DNA from: Mustelus asterias
Taxonomy: Eukaryota
Length of the DNA: 44,021 bases
Assembly: GCF_964213995.1 (NCBI RefSeq)
Contig: NW_027592658.1
Span: 1 to 44,021, forward strand
Direction of reading: 5' to 3'
Part shown: one piece after another, positions 22,616 to 35,414 of the stretch
Numbering within the stretch: the first letter of the stretch is position 1
How the letters are laid out: the number at the start of each line of letters is the position of its first letter
Notes under the pieces: generated by a model
Told to the model about the DNA's origin: nothing
What the model saw: the letters and a program-made list of their open reading frames with translations, nothing else
Database searches by the model: none
Made by a program: the position numbers and the translations under genes

Positions 22616-23595
22616 GGAGCGGTGATGGCCGCGTGGTTTCATCGCTAGACTATTAATCCAGAAACGCGGCTAATGTTCTGGGGACCCGGGATCGAATTCA
22701 GGGAAGTTGCATTTACTAAAAAAAAAATCTGGAATAAGAATCTACCGATGACCATGAAACCATTGTCGATTGTCGGAAAAACCCATCTGGTTCACTAATG
22801 TCCTTTAGGGAAGGAAATCTGCCGTCCTTACCCGGTCTGGCCTACATGTGACTCCAGCGCCACAGAACAAAGAACAGTCCAGCACAGGAACAGGCCCTTC
22901 GGCCCTCCAAGCCCGTGCCAATCATGATGCCCTAGCTAAACTAAAAAAAAACCCTTCTGCCCTTGGTCCGTATCCCTCTATTCCCTCCCTATTCATGTAC
23001 CCATCCAGATGCCTCTTAAATGTTGTTAATGTTCCTGCTTCCACCACCTCCTCTGGCAGCGCGTTCCAGGCACCCACCACTCTCTGCGTGAAAAACTTCC
23101 CCCGCACATCTCCCTCAAACTGTCCCCCTCTCACCTTGCACCTGTGTCTCCTTATAATTGACACTTCCACCCTGGGGAGAAGCCTCTGACTCTCCACCCT
23201 GTCTGTGCCTCTCATCATTCTGTAGACCAGGTCTCCCCTCAACCTCCGTCTTTCCAGTGAAAACAATCCCAGTTTATTCAACCTCTCCTCACAGCCGACA
23301 CCCTCGAGACCAGGCAACATCCTGGTGAACCTGCTTCACACTCTCTCCAAAGCTTCCACCTCCTTCTGGTAGTGTGGTGACCAGAACTGCACGCAATACT
23401 CCAAATGCGGCCTAACCCAGGTTTAATATAGCTGCAACATGATCCCCCAACTCTTGTACTCAATGCCCCGGCCGATGAAGGTAAGCATGCCGTATACCTT
23501 CTGAATGTAATTAACTCTCAACTGCCCTCCAAGGGTAACTAGGGATGGGCAATAAATGCTGGCCCAGCCAGCGACGCCCGTGTCCCACAAATGAT
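22616..23595 (+). mobile_element. SINE family B split by an antisense CR1 fragment (about 22864-23501)
   Basis: The SINE body breaks at ...gactccagcgccacag and resumes at aatgtaattaactctcaactgccctcc; CR1 ORF 22922-23320 lies between. Confidence 0.85.
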
Positions 23596-23969
23596 TTTTA
23601 AAACATTCTTCTAAACTCCAATAGGTACAGACCCCAACCCTGCTCAAACCTTTTCCCTGGAAGACCAAAACCCCCTTCACCCCAGAACCCTGCGCAGTGA
23701 ACCTTCTCTGAACTCCAATGCACGTTTATTTTGAAATGAAGAGACCAAACCCTACACTTACTCCAAGCGCAGTCTCATCAATGCCCTGTCTATTTTGTTC
23801 AGAACACATCTGACAGATTATTCCAAATCGGGGAACTTGAAACAACTGCCCTCAAATTCTATTCCGCAATTTGATACAATGTGGGAAAAGATTTAAAATC
23901 CATTTTGTGATGATTTTACATAAAATAATGTTGATTAAACAATGAACAGACCCAAACGATAACCAACAA

Positions 23970-24265
23970 TAAAGTTTATTTATTAGTATCACAAGTACAT
24001 TAACACAGCAATGAAGTTACAGTGAAAATCCCCTAGTCGCCACACTCTGGTGCCTGTTCAGGTTACACTGAGGGAGAATTTAGCACGGCCAATGCACCCT
24101 AACCAGCACGTCTTTCAGACTGTGGGAGGAAACTGGAGCACCCGGGGGAAACCCACGCAGACACGGGGAGAACGTGCAGACTCCACACAGACGATGACCC
24201 AAGCCGGGAATCGAACCGGGGTCCCTGGCGCTGTGAGGCAGCAGTGCTAACCACTGTGCCACCCC
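23970..24265 (-). mobile_element. V-SINE
   Basis: Same family as 5209-5508, reverse orientation. Confidence 0.87.
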
Positions 24266-24608
24266 CAGCAAACTAGCCCCCAGAGAAATGGAGGCTACGT
24301 TGTGGACTGATGGGGAGCGGGGGAGCAGCACGGGATGTCGAGGTGAGGAAGCAGGCTTGGGAATGGAAAACCTGCAGAGCCTGACAAACCTTGTGTCCAA
24401 TATTCCCGGAGAAAGATGGACAGTGAGAGAGAGAGAGAGAGAGTGGGAGAGGCTCAGAGCACCAACCATCACTGCAGAAAGGTCTGGACCAATCCATGTA
24501 ACATGGAAGCTTTGGAGAGAGTGTAAAGAAGGTTCACCAGGATGTTGCCTGGTCTCCAGGGTGTCGGCCATGAGGAGAAGGTTGGATAACTTTACTCTTA
24601 TGCGTTCC

Positions 24609-24802
24609 TCATGCGGAACTCGATGATCTGAGGCTGGATCTCATTTGGAGCAGGGACAGGTTCCGGCTCAGCACCTTGGGCCAGACGCAGGAACTGATGC
24701 CAAGCACTGTGCCCAGTGCTCCCACTGCCACGCCCCCGACTAATACACCAAGCTGGCTGGAATCCAGAATGCTTTCCTCCCAGGAATCTGGCATCTCCGG
24801 CT
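24609..24802 (-). CDS. WA: CP/TM/cytoplasmic exon of the MHC class II alpha-like (W-category alpha) chain
   Basis: Acceptor tgtgctcctttgacag; phase 1 joins ...AYW to EPEMPDSWEESILDSSQLGVLVGGVAVGALGTVLGISSCVWPKVLSRNLSLLQMRSSLRSSSSA-stop. W-EPE.P junction and GxxxGxxGxxxG are class II alpha motifs. Confidence 0.88.
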
Positions 24803-24904
24803 CTGTCAAAGGAGCACAAGGTTATTGGAGACACAACCAGAAATCAGTCCCGTTCTAATCCACCCGGCGCCCACAGCATTTCTCATGCGGTTTTGCTGTC
24901 ACGG

Positions 24905-25022
24905 TGAGAAGTCTCACAACACCAGCTTAAAGTCCAACAGCTGTATCTGGTAGCAAAAACCACAAGCTTTCAGAGCCCTGCTCCTTCGTCAGGTGAGTCA
25001 CTCACCTGATGAAGGGGCAGCA
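24905..25022 (-). mobile_element. Short Penelope pLTR-derived fragment with a hammerhead motif and inverted junction
   Basis: caacaccagcttaaagtccaacag...ctccttcgtcaggtgagt-c-actcacctgatgaaggggcag; homologous to 13379-13470. Confidence 0.8.
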
Positions 25023-25026
25023 AGAT

Positions 25027-26023
25027 CCCTATAACCTCCTCCAGCCCCTAAACCCCTTCCTATCTCTGTAACCTCCTCCAGCCCCTAAACCCCTTCCTAT
25101 CTCTGTAACCTCCTCCAGCCCCTACACCCCTTCTTATCTCTGTAACCTCCTCCAGCCCCTACACCCCTTCTTATCTCTGTAACCTCCTCCAGCCCCTAAA
25201 CCCCTTCCTATCCCTATAACCTCCTCCAGCCCCTAAACCCCTTCCTATCTCTGTAACCTCCTCCAGCCCCTACACCCCTCCCTATCTCTGTAACCTCCTC
25301 CAGCCCCTACACCCCTTCCTATCCCTATAACCTCCTCCAGCCCCTAAACCCCTTCCTATCTCTGTAACCTCCTCCAGCCCCTACACCCCTCCCTATCTCT
25401 TTAACCTCATACAGTTCCTACACCCCTCCCTATCTCTGTAATCTCCTACAGTCCCTACAACCCTCCCTCTCTCTGTAACCTCCTACAGCCCCTACAACCC
25501 TCCCTTTCTCTGTAACCTCCTCCAACCCCTACACCCCTTCCTATCTCAGTAACCTCCTCCAGCCCCTACACCCCTTCCTATCTCTGTAACCTCCTCCAGC
25601 CCCTACACCCCTTCCTATCTCTGTAACCTCCTCCAGCCCCTACACCCCTCCCTATCTCTTTAACCTCATACAGTTCCTACACCCCTCCCTATCTCTGTAA
25701 TCTCCTACAGTCCCTACAACCCTCCCCCTCTCTGTAACCTCCTACAGCCCCTACAACCCTCCCTTTCTCTGTAACCTCCTCCAACCCCTACACCCCTTCC
25801 TATCTCTGTAACCTCCTCCAGCCCCTACACCCCTTCCTATCTCTGTAACCTCCTCCAGCCCCTACACCCCTTCCTATCTCTGTAACCTCCTCCAGCCCCT
25901 ACACCCCTCCCTATCTCTTTAACCTCATACAGTTCCTACACCCCTCCCTATCTCTTTAACCTCATACAGTCCCTACAACCCTCCCTCTCTCTGTAACCTC
26001 CTCCAACCCCTACACCTCTCCCT
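25027..26023. repeat. 37-bp C-rich minisatellite, about 27 copies
   Basis: Unit tatctctgtaacctcctccagcccctacaccccttcc, with variant blocks that are themselves duplicated. Confidence 0.96.
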
Positions 26024-26435
26024 AATACTGTAATTGAGTGTCTTTAAGACAGAGATAGATAGGTTCTTGATTAATAAGGGGATCGGGGTTGTGGGGAAAA
26101 GGGAGGAGAATGGGGATGAGAAACGCATCAGCCATGATGCAATAGCAGAGTAGACTCAATGGGCCGAATGGTCTAACTCTGCTCCTATGTCTTATGGTCT
26201 TTTGGGCAACCCTGTCTGTGCCTCTCATCATTTTATCGACTTCTATCAGGTCTCTGTCAGCCTCCGCTGCTCCAGAGAAAACAACCCTAGTTTGTCCAGC
26301 CTCTCCTTATAGTCCATACCCTCCAATCCAGGCAGCATCCTGGAAAACCTCTCCTGCACCCTCTCCGAATCCTTCCCGAATGACGCCATGGGACCCTTGC
26401 ACAATGTAACGGATAAACATTACGGTCTCTCTTAC

Positions 26436-26717
26436 CCCAGTACGCCACCTTCACCTCCTTACTGACGGTGTGCAGGACTCGGCAGGAGTACGTGTCCCCA
26501 GCTTCAGGTCGGATATGCGCACGGCGGACAAATTCAAAGCGCCAATTCTCACCATGCCAGAACCTGGAGGAGTTTGCGTCAGTGTGGAGGGGCGCTCCAT
26601 TGACCTGTAGAGTGATGGCGATTGTCGGAGGGAAGACCCCACTCACCAGACAGCTCAGAATGTTTGCCTCGCCGTAGGTGACCTCTTTCTCTGGGAACAG
26701 GAGAAGGTCGGCCATTT
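26436..26717 (-). CDS. WA: alpha2 Ig-C1 exon with beta-2-microglobulin-like features (W-category alpha chain)
   Basis: Acceptor acatcacatttcag, donor TGG G|gtaag, 282 nt, phase 1-1: EMADLLLFPEKEVTYGEANILSCLVSGVFPPTIAITLQVNGAPLHTDANSSRFWHGENWRFEFVRRAHIRPEAGDTYSCRVLHTVSKEVKVAYW. Confidence 0.92.
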
Positions 26718-27449
26718 CTGAAATGTGATGTTTCACAATGAACTGGTGACTCACATCGTGTTGCATTTTCCACCCTGGAGCTGCCTCACCACAGATAAGG
26801 TCATAAAAAATAGGAACAGGAGGAGGCCATTCAGCCCTTTGAGCCCCAGTCCATCATTCAATAAGATCATGGCTGATCTAACGCTGACTAATCCCAACGT
26901 TCCTGCCTTAGCTCCGTAACCCGTAATTCCCTGACTGATCCCAGGGCTGAAATGTCTAATACTGGGGGGGGCACACACTTAAGGTGAGAGGGGGGAAGTT
27001 CAGAGGAGATGTGAGGGGTAAGTTTTTTACACAGAGGGTGGTGGGTGTCTGGAACGCGCTGCCTGGGGTGGGGGTGGAGGCAGGTACGATCGGGGCGATT
27101 AACGGGCTTTTAGATAAGCCCAGGAATATGCCAGAAACAGAGGGATATGGAGCAAGGGCAGGGAACAGGGATTAGTTTAATTTGGCCTCATGTTCAGCAC
27201 AGCATGGTGGGCCGAGGGGCCTGTCTCTGTGCTGCACTGTTCCATGTCCCATGAAAATGTTCAAGGTCTCAGCCCCCACAGATTCCCGGGATAAAGAATT
27301 CCAAAGATTCATCACTCCCTAGGTGAAGAAATTCCTCCTCAAATCCATCTTATTCTGTGTTTCTATCCTCTGCTCCCACACTCTCCCATGAGTGGAAACA
27401 TCCTCTTCGCATTTACCCTGTCTAATCTCCTGAGAATCTTATACGCTTG

Positions 27450-27985
27450 GAGTCATAGAGGTTTACAGCATAGAAACAGGCCCTTCGGCCCAACTTGTCC
27501 ATGCCGCCCACTTTTTGCCATTAAGCTAATCCCACTTGCCTGCGTTTGGTCCATATCCCTCTATACCCATCTTACCCATGTAACTGTCTAAATGCTTTTT
27601 AAAAGACAAAATTGTACCCACCTCTACTACTACCTCTGGCAGCTCGTTCCAGACACTCACCACCCTCTGTGTGAAAAAATTGCCCCTCTGGACACTTTTG
27701 TATCTCTCCCCTCTCACCTTAAACCTCTGCCCTCTAGTTTTAGACTCCCCTATCTTTGGGAAAAGATATTGACTATCTAGCTGATCTGTGCCCCTCATTA
27801 TTTTATAGACCTCTATAAGGTCACCCCTCAGCCTCCTACGCTCCAGGGAAAAGGGTCCCAGTCTCTCTAACCTCTCCCTATAAGTCAATCCATCAAGTCC
27901 CGGTAGCATCCTGGTAAATCTTTTCTGCACTCTTTCTAGTTGAATAATATCCTTTCTATAATAGGGTGACCAGAACTGTACACAG
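27450..27985 (-). mobile_element. CR1 LINE 3' fragment
   Basis: ORF 27526-27930; same subfamily as 4197-4611. Confidence 0.92.
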
Positions 27986-28545
27986 TTTCAATCATGTCAC
28001 CTCTCATTCTCCTCAAGCCCAAGGAGTACAAACTCCAACCTATATAAGAACTAGGAACAGTAGGAGGCCATTCAGCCCCTCGAGCCTGCTCCACCATTCA
28101 ATATGATCCTGGCTGATCTCATCTCAGCCTCAGCTTCACCTTCCTGCCCGTTTCCCCGGAACTCTTCATCTCGCTACTGAATAAACACCAATCGACTTTC
28201 TCCTTGAATGTGTTTAGTGTTCCAGCATCCACTGCACTCTGGGCCAGAGAATTCCACAGATTCACCACCCTCTGAGTGAAGTCCTCATTCCTGTTTTCAA
28301 TCTTAGCCGAAAACTATGGCCAACAAGGGGAAACATCCGTTCTGCGTCTGTCAAACCCCTTTCGCACCTTATATTCCCCGATTAGATCTCCCCTTCTAAA
28401 CTCCAGCCAGTACGGACCTAAACTGCTCAATCTCTCTTTAAAAGATAATGCTTCATCCCTGAAACCAATCTCGTTCAATCTTTTCTCAAAAGGCACTCCC
28501 TGCAAATCTGGCTTCGCCAGATTGATTCCGGGAATGAAAGGGTTG

Positions 28546-29246
28546 ACATATAGAACATAGAACATAGAAAAGCTGCAGCACAAACAGGCCCTTCGGCCCA
28601 CAAGTTGTGCCGAACATGTCCCTACCTACTAGGCTTACCTATAACCCTCTATCTTACTAACTTCCATGAACTTATCCAAAAGTCTCTTCAAAGACCCTAT
28701 CGAATCCGCCTCCACCACCACTACCGGCAGCCGATTCCACGCACCCACCACCCTCTGTGTGAAAAACTTACCCCTAACATCTCCTCTGTACCTTCTCCCA
28801 GCACCCTAAACCTGTGACCTCTCATAGCAACCATTTCAGCCCTGGGTAAAAGCCTCTGAGAATCCACTCTATCAATACCCCTCAACATCTTGTACACCTC
28901 TATCAGGTCACCTCTCATCCTTCGCCTCTCCAAGGAGAAAAGACCTAGCTCTCTCAACCTATCCTCATAAGCATGCCACCTAATCCAGGCAACATCCTTG
29001 TAAATCTCCTCTGCACCCTTTCTATGGCTTCCACATCCTTTCTGTAATGAGGCGACCAGAACTGGGCACAGTACTCCAGGTGGGGTCTGACCAGAGTCCT
29101 ATACAGCTGCAGCATTATCTCCCGATTTCTAAACTCAATTCCTCTATTGAGGAAGGCCAGTATTCCATACACCTTCTTAACCACAGCCTCGACCTGCGAC
29201 GCTGCTTTGAATGTCCTATGAGCCCGGACCCCAAGATCCTTCTGAT
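28546..29246 (-). mobile_element. CR1 LINE 3' part (host of the nested cluster)
   Basis: ORFs 28721 and 28954; tail acatagaacatagaacatagaa. Confidence 0.92.
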
Positions 29247-30762
29247 AGAACCATAGAAAATTACAGCACAGAAACAGGCCTTTTGGCCCTTCTTGTCTGT
29301 GCCGAACCATTTTTTGCCTAGTCCCACTGACCTGCACTTGGACCATATCCCTCCACACCCCTCTCATCCATGAACCCATCCAAGTTTTTCTTAAATGTTA
29401 AAAGTGACCCCGCATTTACCACTTTATCCGGCAGCTCATTCCACACTCCCACCACTCTCTGCGTGAAGAAGCCCCCCCTAATATTCCCTTTAAACTTTTC
29501 TCCTTTCACCCTTAACCCATGCCCTCTGGTTTTTTTCTCCCCTAGCCTCAGTGGAAAAAGCCTGCTTGCATTCACTCTTTCTATACCCATCAAAATCTTA
29601 TACACCTCTATCAAATCTCCCCTCATTCTTCTACGCTCCAGGGAATGAAGTCCCAACCTCTTCATTCTCTCTCTGTAACTCAGCTTCTCAAGTCCCGGCA
29701 ACATCCTTGTGAACCTTCTCTGCACTCTTTCAACCTTATTTACATCCTTCCTGTAACTAGGTGACCAAAACTGTACACAATACTCTAAATTCGGCCTCAC
29801 CAATGCCTTATATAACCTTACCATAACACTCCAACTTTTATACTCGATACTCCGATTTATAAAGGCCAATGTACCAAAGGCACTCTTTACGACCCTATCC
29901 ACCTGTGACGTCACTTTTAGGGAATTCTGTACCTGTATTCCCAGATCCCTCTGTTCAACTGCACTCTCCAGAGTCCTACCATTTACCCTGTATGTTCTAC
30001 TTTGGTTTGTCCTTCCAATGTGCAATATCTCACACTTGTCTGCGTGAAATTCCATTTGCCATTTTTGAGCCCATTTTTCTAGTTGGTCCAAATCCCTCTG
30101 CAAGCTTTGAAAACCTTCCTCACTGTCCACTACACCTCCAATCTTTGTATCATCAGCAAACTTGCTGATCCAATTTACCACATTATCATCCAGATCATTG
30201 ATATAGATGACAAACAACAATGGACCCAGCACCGATCCCTGCAGCACACCACTAGTCACAGGCCTCCACTCAGAGAAGCAATCCTCCACAACCACTCTCT
30301 GGCTTCTTCCATTGAAAGAGTAAGAAATTTAACAACACCAGGTTAAAGTCCAACAGGTTTATTTGGTAGCAAAAGCCACACAGGCTTTCGGAGCTCTAAG
30401 CCCCTTCTTCAGGTGAGTTCTTCCATTGAGCCAGTGTCTAATCCAATTTACTACCTCCCAATGTATACCCAGCGACTGAACCTTCCTAACTAACCTCCCA
30501 TGAGGGACCTTGTCAAAGGCCTTGCTGAAATCCAGGTAGACAACATCCACCGCCTTCCCTTCCTCCACTTTCCTGGTAACCTCCTCGAAAAACTCTAATA
30601 GATTGGTCAAACATGACCTACCACGCACAAAGCCATGTTGACTCTCCCTAATAAGTCCCTGTCTATCCAAATATTTGTAGATCCTATCCCTTATCACACC
30701 TTCCAATAACTTGCCCACCACCGACGTCAAACTTACTGGCCTATAATTTCCCGGATTTCTTT
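29247..30762 (-). mobile_element. CR1 LINE, RT region, interrupted by a 102-bp insertion
   Basis: ORFs 29318-30295 and 30359-30811 are consecutive RT segments. Confidence 0.93.
30316..30417 (-). mobile_element. 102-bp Penelope pLTR-derived insertion with a 12-bp TSD
   Basis: ttcttccattga is duplicated at 30304-30315 and 30418-30429; the insert matches the pLTR end and carries CUGAAGA...GAA on the minus strand. Confidence 0.88.
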
Positions 30763-30795
30763 TCATCTTCCACACTGCCAAGCGTCTTACCCTTA

Positions 30796-33700
30796 ATAGA
30801 ACATAGAACATAGAACATTACAGCGCAGTACAGGCCCTTCGGCCCTTGATGTTGCACCGACCAGTGAAACCAATCTAAAGCCCCTCTAACCTACACTATT
30901 CCAATATCATCCATATGTTTATCCAATAACCATTTGAATGCTCTTAATGTTGACGAGTCCACTACTGCTGCAGGCAGGGCATTCCATGCCCTTACTACTC
31001 TCTGAGTAAAGAACCTACCTCTAACATCTGTCCGATATCTATCACCCCTCATTTAAAGCTATGTTCCCTCGTGCTAGCCATCACCATCCGAGGAAAAAGG
31101 CTCTCACTATCCACCCTATCTAATCCTCTGATCATCTTGTATGCCTCTATTAAGTCACCTCTTAACCTTCTTCTCTCTAACGAAAACAACCTCAAGTCCC
31201 TCAGCCTTTCCTCATATGATTTTCCCACCATACCAGGCAACATCCTGGTAAATCTCCTCTGCACCCTTTCCAACACTTCCACATCTTTCCTATAATGCGG
31301 CGACCAGAACTGTACGCAATACTCCAAGTGCGGCTGCACCAGAGTTTTGTACAGTTGCAACATGACCTCCTGGCTCCGAAACTCAATCCCTCTACCAATA
31401 AAAGCTAACACACCGTACGCCTTCTTAACAACCCTATCAACCTGGGTGCCAACTTTCAGGGATCTATGCACATGGACACCCAGATCCCTCTGTTCATCCA
31501 CACTACCAAGTATCTTACCATTAGCCCAGTACTCTGTATTCCTGTTACTCCTTCCAAAGTGAATCACTTTGCACTTTTCCGCATTAAACTCCATTTTCCA
31601 CCTCTCAGCCCAGCTCTGCAGCTTATCTATGTCCCTCTGTAACCTGCCACTTCCCTCCGCACTGTCTACAACTCCACCGACTTTAGTGTCATCCGCAAAT
31701 TTACTAACACATCCTTCTACGCCCTCATCCAGGTCATTAATAAAAATGACAAACAGCAGTGGCCCTAAAACAGATCCTTGCGGTACACCACTAGTAACTG
31801 AACTCCAGGATGAATATTTCCCATCAACCACCACCCTCTGTTTTCTTCCAGCTAGCCAATTCCTGATCCAAACCACTAAATCACCCTCAATCCCATGTGT
31901 CCGTATTTTCTGCAAAAGCTTACCATGGGGAACCTTATCAAACGCTTTGCTGAAATCCATATACACCACATCAACCGCTTTACCCTCATCCACCTCTTTG
32001 GTCACCTTCTCAAAGAACTCAATAAGGTTTGTGAGGCACGACCTACCCTTCACAAAACCGTGCTGACTATCCCTAATCAAATTATTCCTTTCTAGGTGAT
32101 TATAAATCCTATCTCTTATAATCCTTTCCAATACTTTGCCCACAACAGAAGTAAGGCTCACCGGTCTATAATTACCAGGGTTGTCCCTACTCCCCTTCTT
32201 GAACAAGGGAACAACATTTGCTATCCTCCAGTCTTCTGGCACTGTTCCAGTAGACAATGACGACCCAAAGATCAAAGTCAAAGGCTCTGCAATCTCTTCT
32301 CTAGCCTCCCAGAGAATCCTAGGATAAATCCCATCCGGCCCAGGGGACTTATCTATTTTTACCCTTTCCAGAATTGCTAACACCTCCTCCTTATGAACAT
32401 CAATCCCATCCAGTTCAACAGCCTGCATCTCAGTACTCCCCTCGGCAACACTGTCCCTCTCCAGTGTGAATACCGACGAAAAATACTCATTTAGTGCCTC
32501 TCCTATCTCTTCAGACTCCACGCACAACTTCCCACTACTGTCCTTGACTGGCCCTAATCTTACCCTAGTCATTCTTTTACTCCTGACATACCTATAGAAA
32601 GCTTTAGGGTTTTCCTTGATCCTACTTGCCAAAGACTTCTCATGTCCCCTCCTGGCTCTTCTTAACTCTTTCTTTAAGTCCTTCCTGGCTAACCTGTAAC
32701 TCTCAAGCTCCCTAACTGAGCCTTCACGTCTCATCTTAACATAAGTCTCCTTCTTCCTCTTCACAAGAGATTCAACCTCCTTAGTAAACCACAGTTCCCT
32801 CACACGTCTGCTTCCTCCCTGCCTGACAGGTACATATTTATCAAGGACGCGTAGCAGCTGTTCCTTGAACAAGTTCCACATTACAATTGTGCCCATCCCC
32901 TGCAGTTTCCTTCCCCAACCTATGCCAGCTAAATCTCGCCTAATCGCATCATAATTTCCTTTCCCCCAGCTATAACTCTTGCCCTTTGGTATATACCTAT
33001 CCTTTTCCATTGCTAAAGTAAACGTAATTGAATTGTGGTCACTGTCACCAAAGTGCTCACCTACCTCCAAATCTAACACCTGGCCTGGTTCATTAACCAG
33101 TACCAAATCCAATGTGGCCTCGCCTCTTGTTGGTCTATCTACATACTGCGTCAGGAAGCCTCCCTGCACATATTGGACAAAAACTGACCCCTCTAAAATA
33201 CTCGAACTATAGCTTTTCCAGTCAATATTTGTAAAGTTAAAGTCCCCCCAGAACAACTACCCTGTTACTTTTGCTGCTATCCAGAATCATCTTTGCAATC
33301 TTTTCCTCTACATCTCTGGAACTTTTCAGAGGTCTATAAAAAACTCCCAACAGGGTGACCTCTCCTTTCCTGTTTCTAACCTCAGCCCAAACTACCTCAG
33401 TAGACGAGTCCTCATCAAATGTCCTTTCTGCCACCGTAATACTGTCCTTGACTAACAATGCCACACCTCCCCCTCTTTTACCACCTTCCCTGCACTTACT
33501 GAAACATCTAAACCCTGGAACCTGCAACATCCATTCCTGTCCCTGCTCTATCCATGTCTCCGAGATGGCCACAACATCGAAATCCCAGGTACCAACCCAT
33601 GCTGCAAGCTCACCCTCCTTATTCCGGATGCTCCTGGCGTTGAAGTATACACACTTCAAACCGCCTTCCTGCCTGCCAGTACACTCCTGCGACCCTGAAA

Positions 33701-34395
33701 CCTCATCCATGACCTCACTACTCTCAACCTCCTGTACACCGGAGCTACAATTCAGGTACCCACCCCCCTGCTGAATTAGTTTAAACCCTCCCGAAGAGCA
33801 TTAGCAAATTTCCCCCCCAAGATATTGGTACCCCTCTGGTTCAGGTGCAGACCATCCTTTTTGTAGAGGTCCCACCTACCCCAGAAAGAGCCTCAATTGT
33901 CCAGGTATCTGAATCCCTCCCTCCTGCACCATCCCTGTAACCACGTGTTCAACTGCTCTCTCTCCCTATTCCTCTCCTCGCTATCCCGTGGCACGGGTAA
34001 CAAACCAGAGATAACAACTCTGTTTGTTCTCGCCCTAAGCTTCCACCCTAACTCCCTGAATTTCTGCCTTACATCCCCACCCCTTTTCCTACCTATGTCT
34101 TGAGTGCCGATGTGAACCACAACTTGGGGCTGGTCCCCCTCCCCCTTAAGGATTTCGAAAACACGATCCGAGACATCGCGGACTCTGGCTCCTGGGAGGC
34201 AACTCACCAACCGCGAGTCTCTCTCATTCCCGCAGAATCTCCTATCCGTCCCTTTAACTATGGAGTCCCCAATGACTAATCCTCTACTCCTCTCCCCCCT
34301 TCCCTTCTGAGCCACAAGGACAGACTCTGATCCAGTGACCTGTACCCATGGCTTACCCCTGCTAAGTCCCCCCCCCCCCCCCAACAGCATCCAAA
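30796..34395 (-). mobile_element. Near full-length CR1 LINE (ORF1 esterase-like, ORF2 APE + RT)
   Basis: ORF1 LVIGDSIVKG...VVVHIGT (SGNH-like); APE YFNARSI...AISETW...GDFN; 735-aa RT ORF 31049-33256; frameshift near 33245. Confidence 0.96.
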
Positions 34396-34730
34396 AGTGT
34401 ACTATCTCCAATTTCTACTACATTTCTTGTTTCTCCCCCCACTTGGACGGCTCCCTGTACCTTGGTGCTGTGGTCAGTTTGCTCATCCTCCCTTTCCCTC
34501 TCCTTCTGAGCTGCCGGGCCGGACTCTGCCCCGGGGGCACGGCCACTATTGCTTCCCCCAGGTCGGCTGCTCCCCCCAACAGTACTTAAACAGGAGTACT
34601 TATTGTTAAGGGGCACAGCCACCGGGGTACTCTCTAGTACCTGACCTTTCCCCTTCCCCTTCCTAACCGTGACCCACTTGTCTGCCTCCCGTGGCCCCGG
34701 TGTGACCACCTGCCTGTAACTCCTCTCTAT

Positions 34731-34961
34731 CACCTCTTATATTATATTCTTCCATCCTATTCGACCTGCCAAAATGAGCCACCACACACTTATCTGGGTT
34801 GAAGTCCATCTGCCACTTCTCCGCCCAGTCTTGCATTCTATCTATGTCTCGTTGCAACTGCTGACATCCCTCTACACTATCCACAACCCCACCAACCTTT
34901 GTGTCATCAGCAAACTTGCCAACCCATCCTTACACTTCCTCATCCAGGTCATTTATAAAAA
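34731..34961 (-). mobile_element. CR1 RT fragment, continuation of 28546-29246
   Basis: DSVEGCQQLQRDIDRMQDWAEKWQMDFNPDKC...EEYNIRG lies just upstream of DQKDLGVR in the related copy at 41559. Confidence 0.8.
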
Positions 34962-35414
34962 TATGAGTGGAGATTAAACAGTTTGGGCTGATACTCGCTG
35001 GAGTTTAGAAAGATGAGTGGGGATCTGATCGAGGTGTATAAGATACTGAAAGGGATTGGATAAAGTAAATGTTTCCTCTTGTGGGGTAATCTGGAACAAG
35101 AGGTCACAGGTATAGGTTGAGAGGCAGTAGATTCAATACTGAGAGGAGGAGGAACTACTTCTCGCAGAGGGTGGTGAATTTGTGGAACTCGCTGCCCCAT
35201 CGCGCGGTGGAATCTGAATCATTGAACGGTTTCAGGAAGGAGGTAGAAGTATATCTCATAAAAAAGGGATTCGGGGATTTGGGGAACAGGTGGGGAGGTG
35301 GGTTTGAGACCAGGGAGAGATCAGCCATGATCTGATTGAAAAGCGGAGCAGGCTCGAAGGACTGAATTTGCCGACTTCTGTCCTAATTCCGATGTTCCTG
35401 ATGTCCTAGTAAAC

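Noticed and set aside
26436-26717. True beta-2-microglobulin gene
   Set aside because: The exon is preceded by an alpha1-like exon and followed by a CP/TM exon; B2M is a soluble single domain, and Y10/F56 equivalents are not conserved here.
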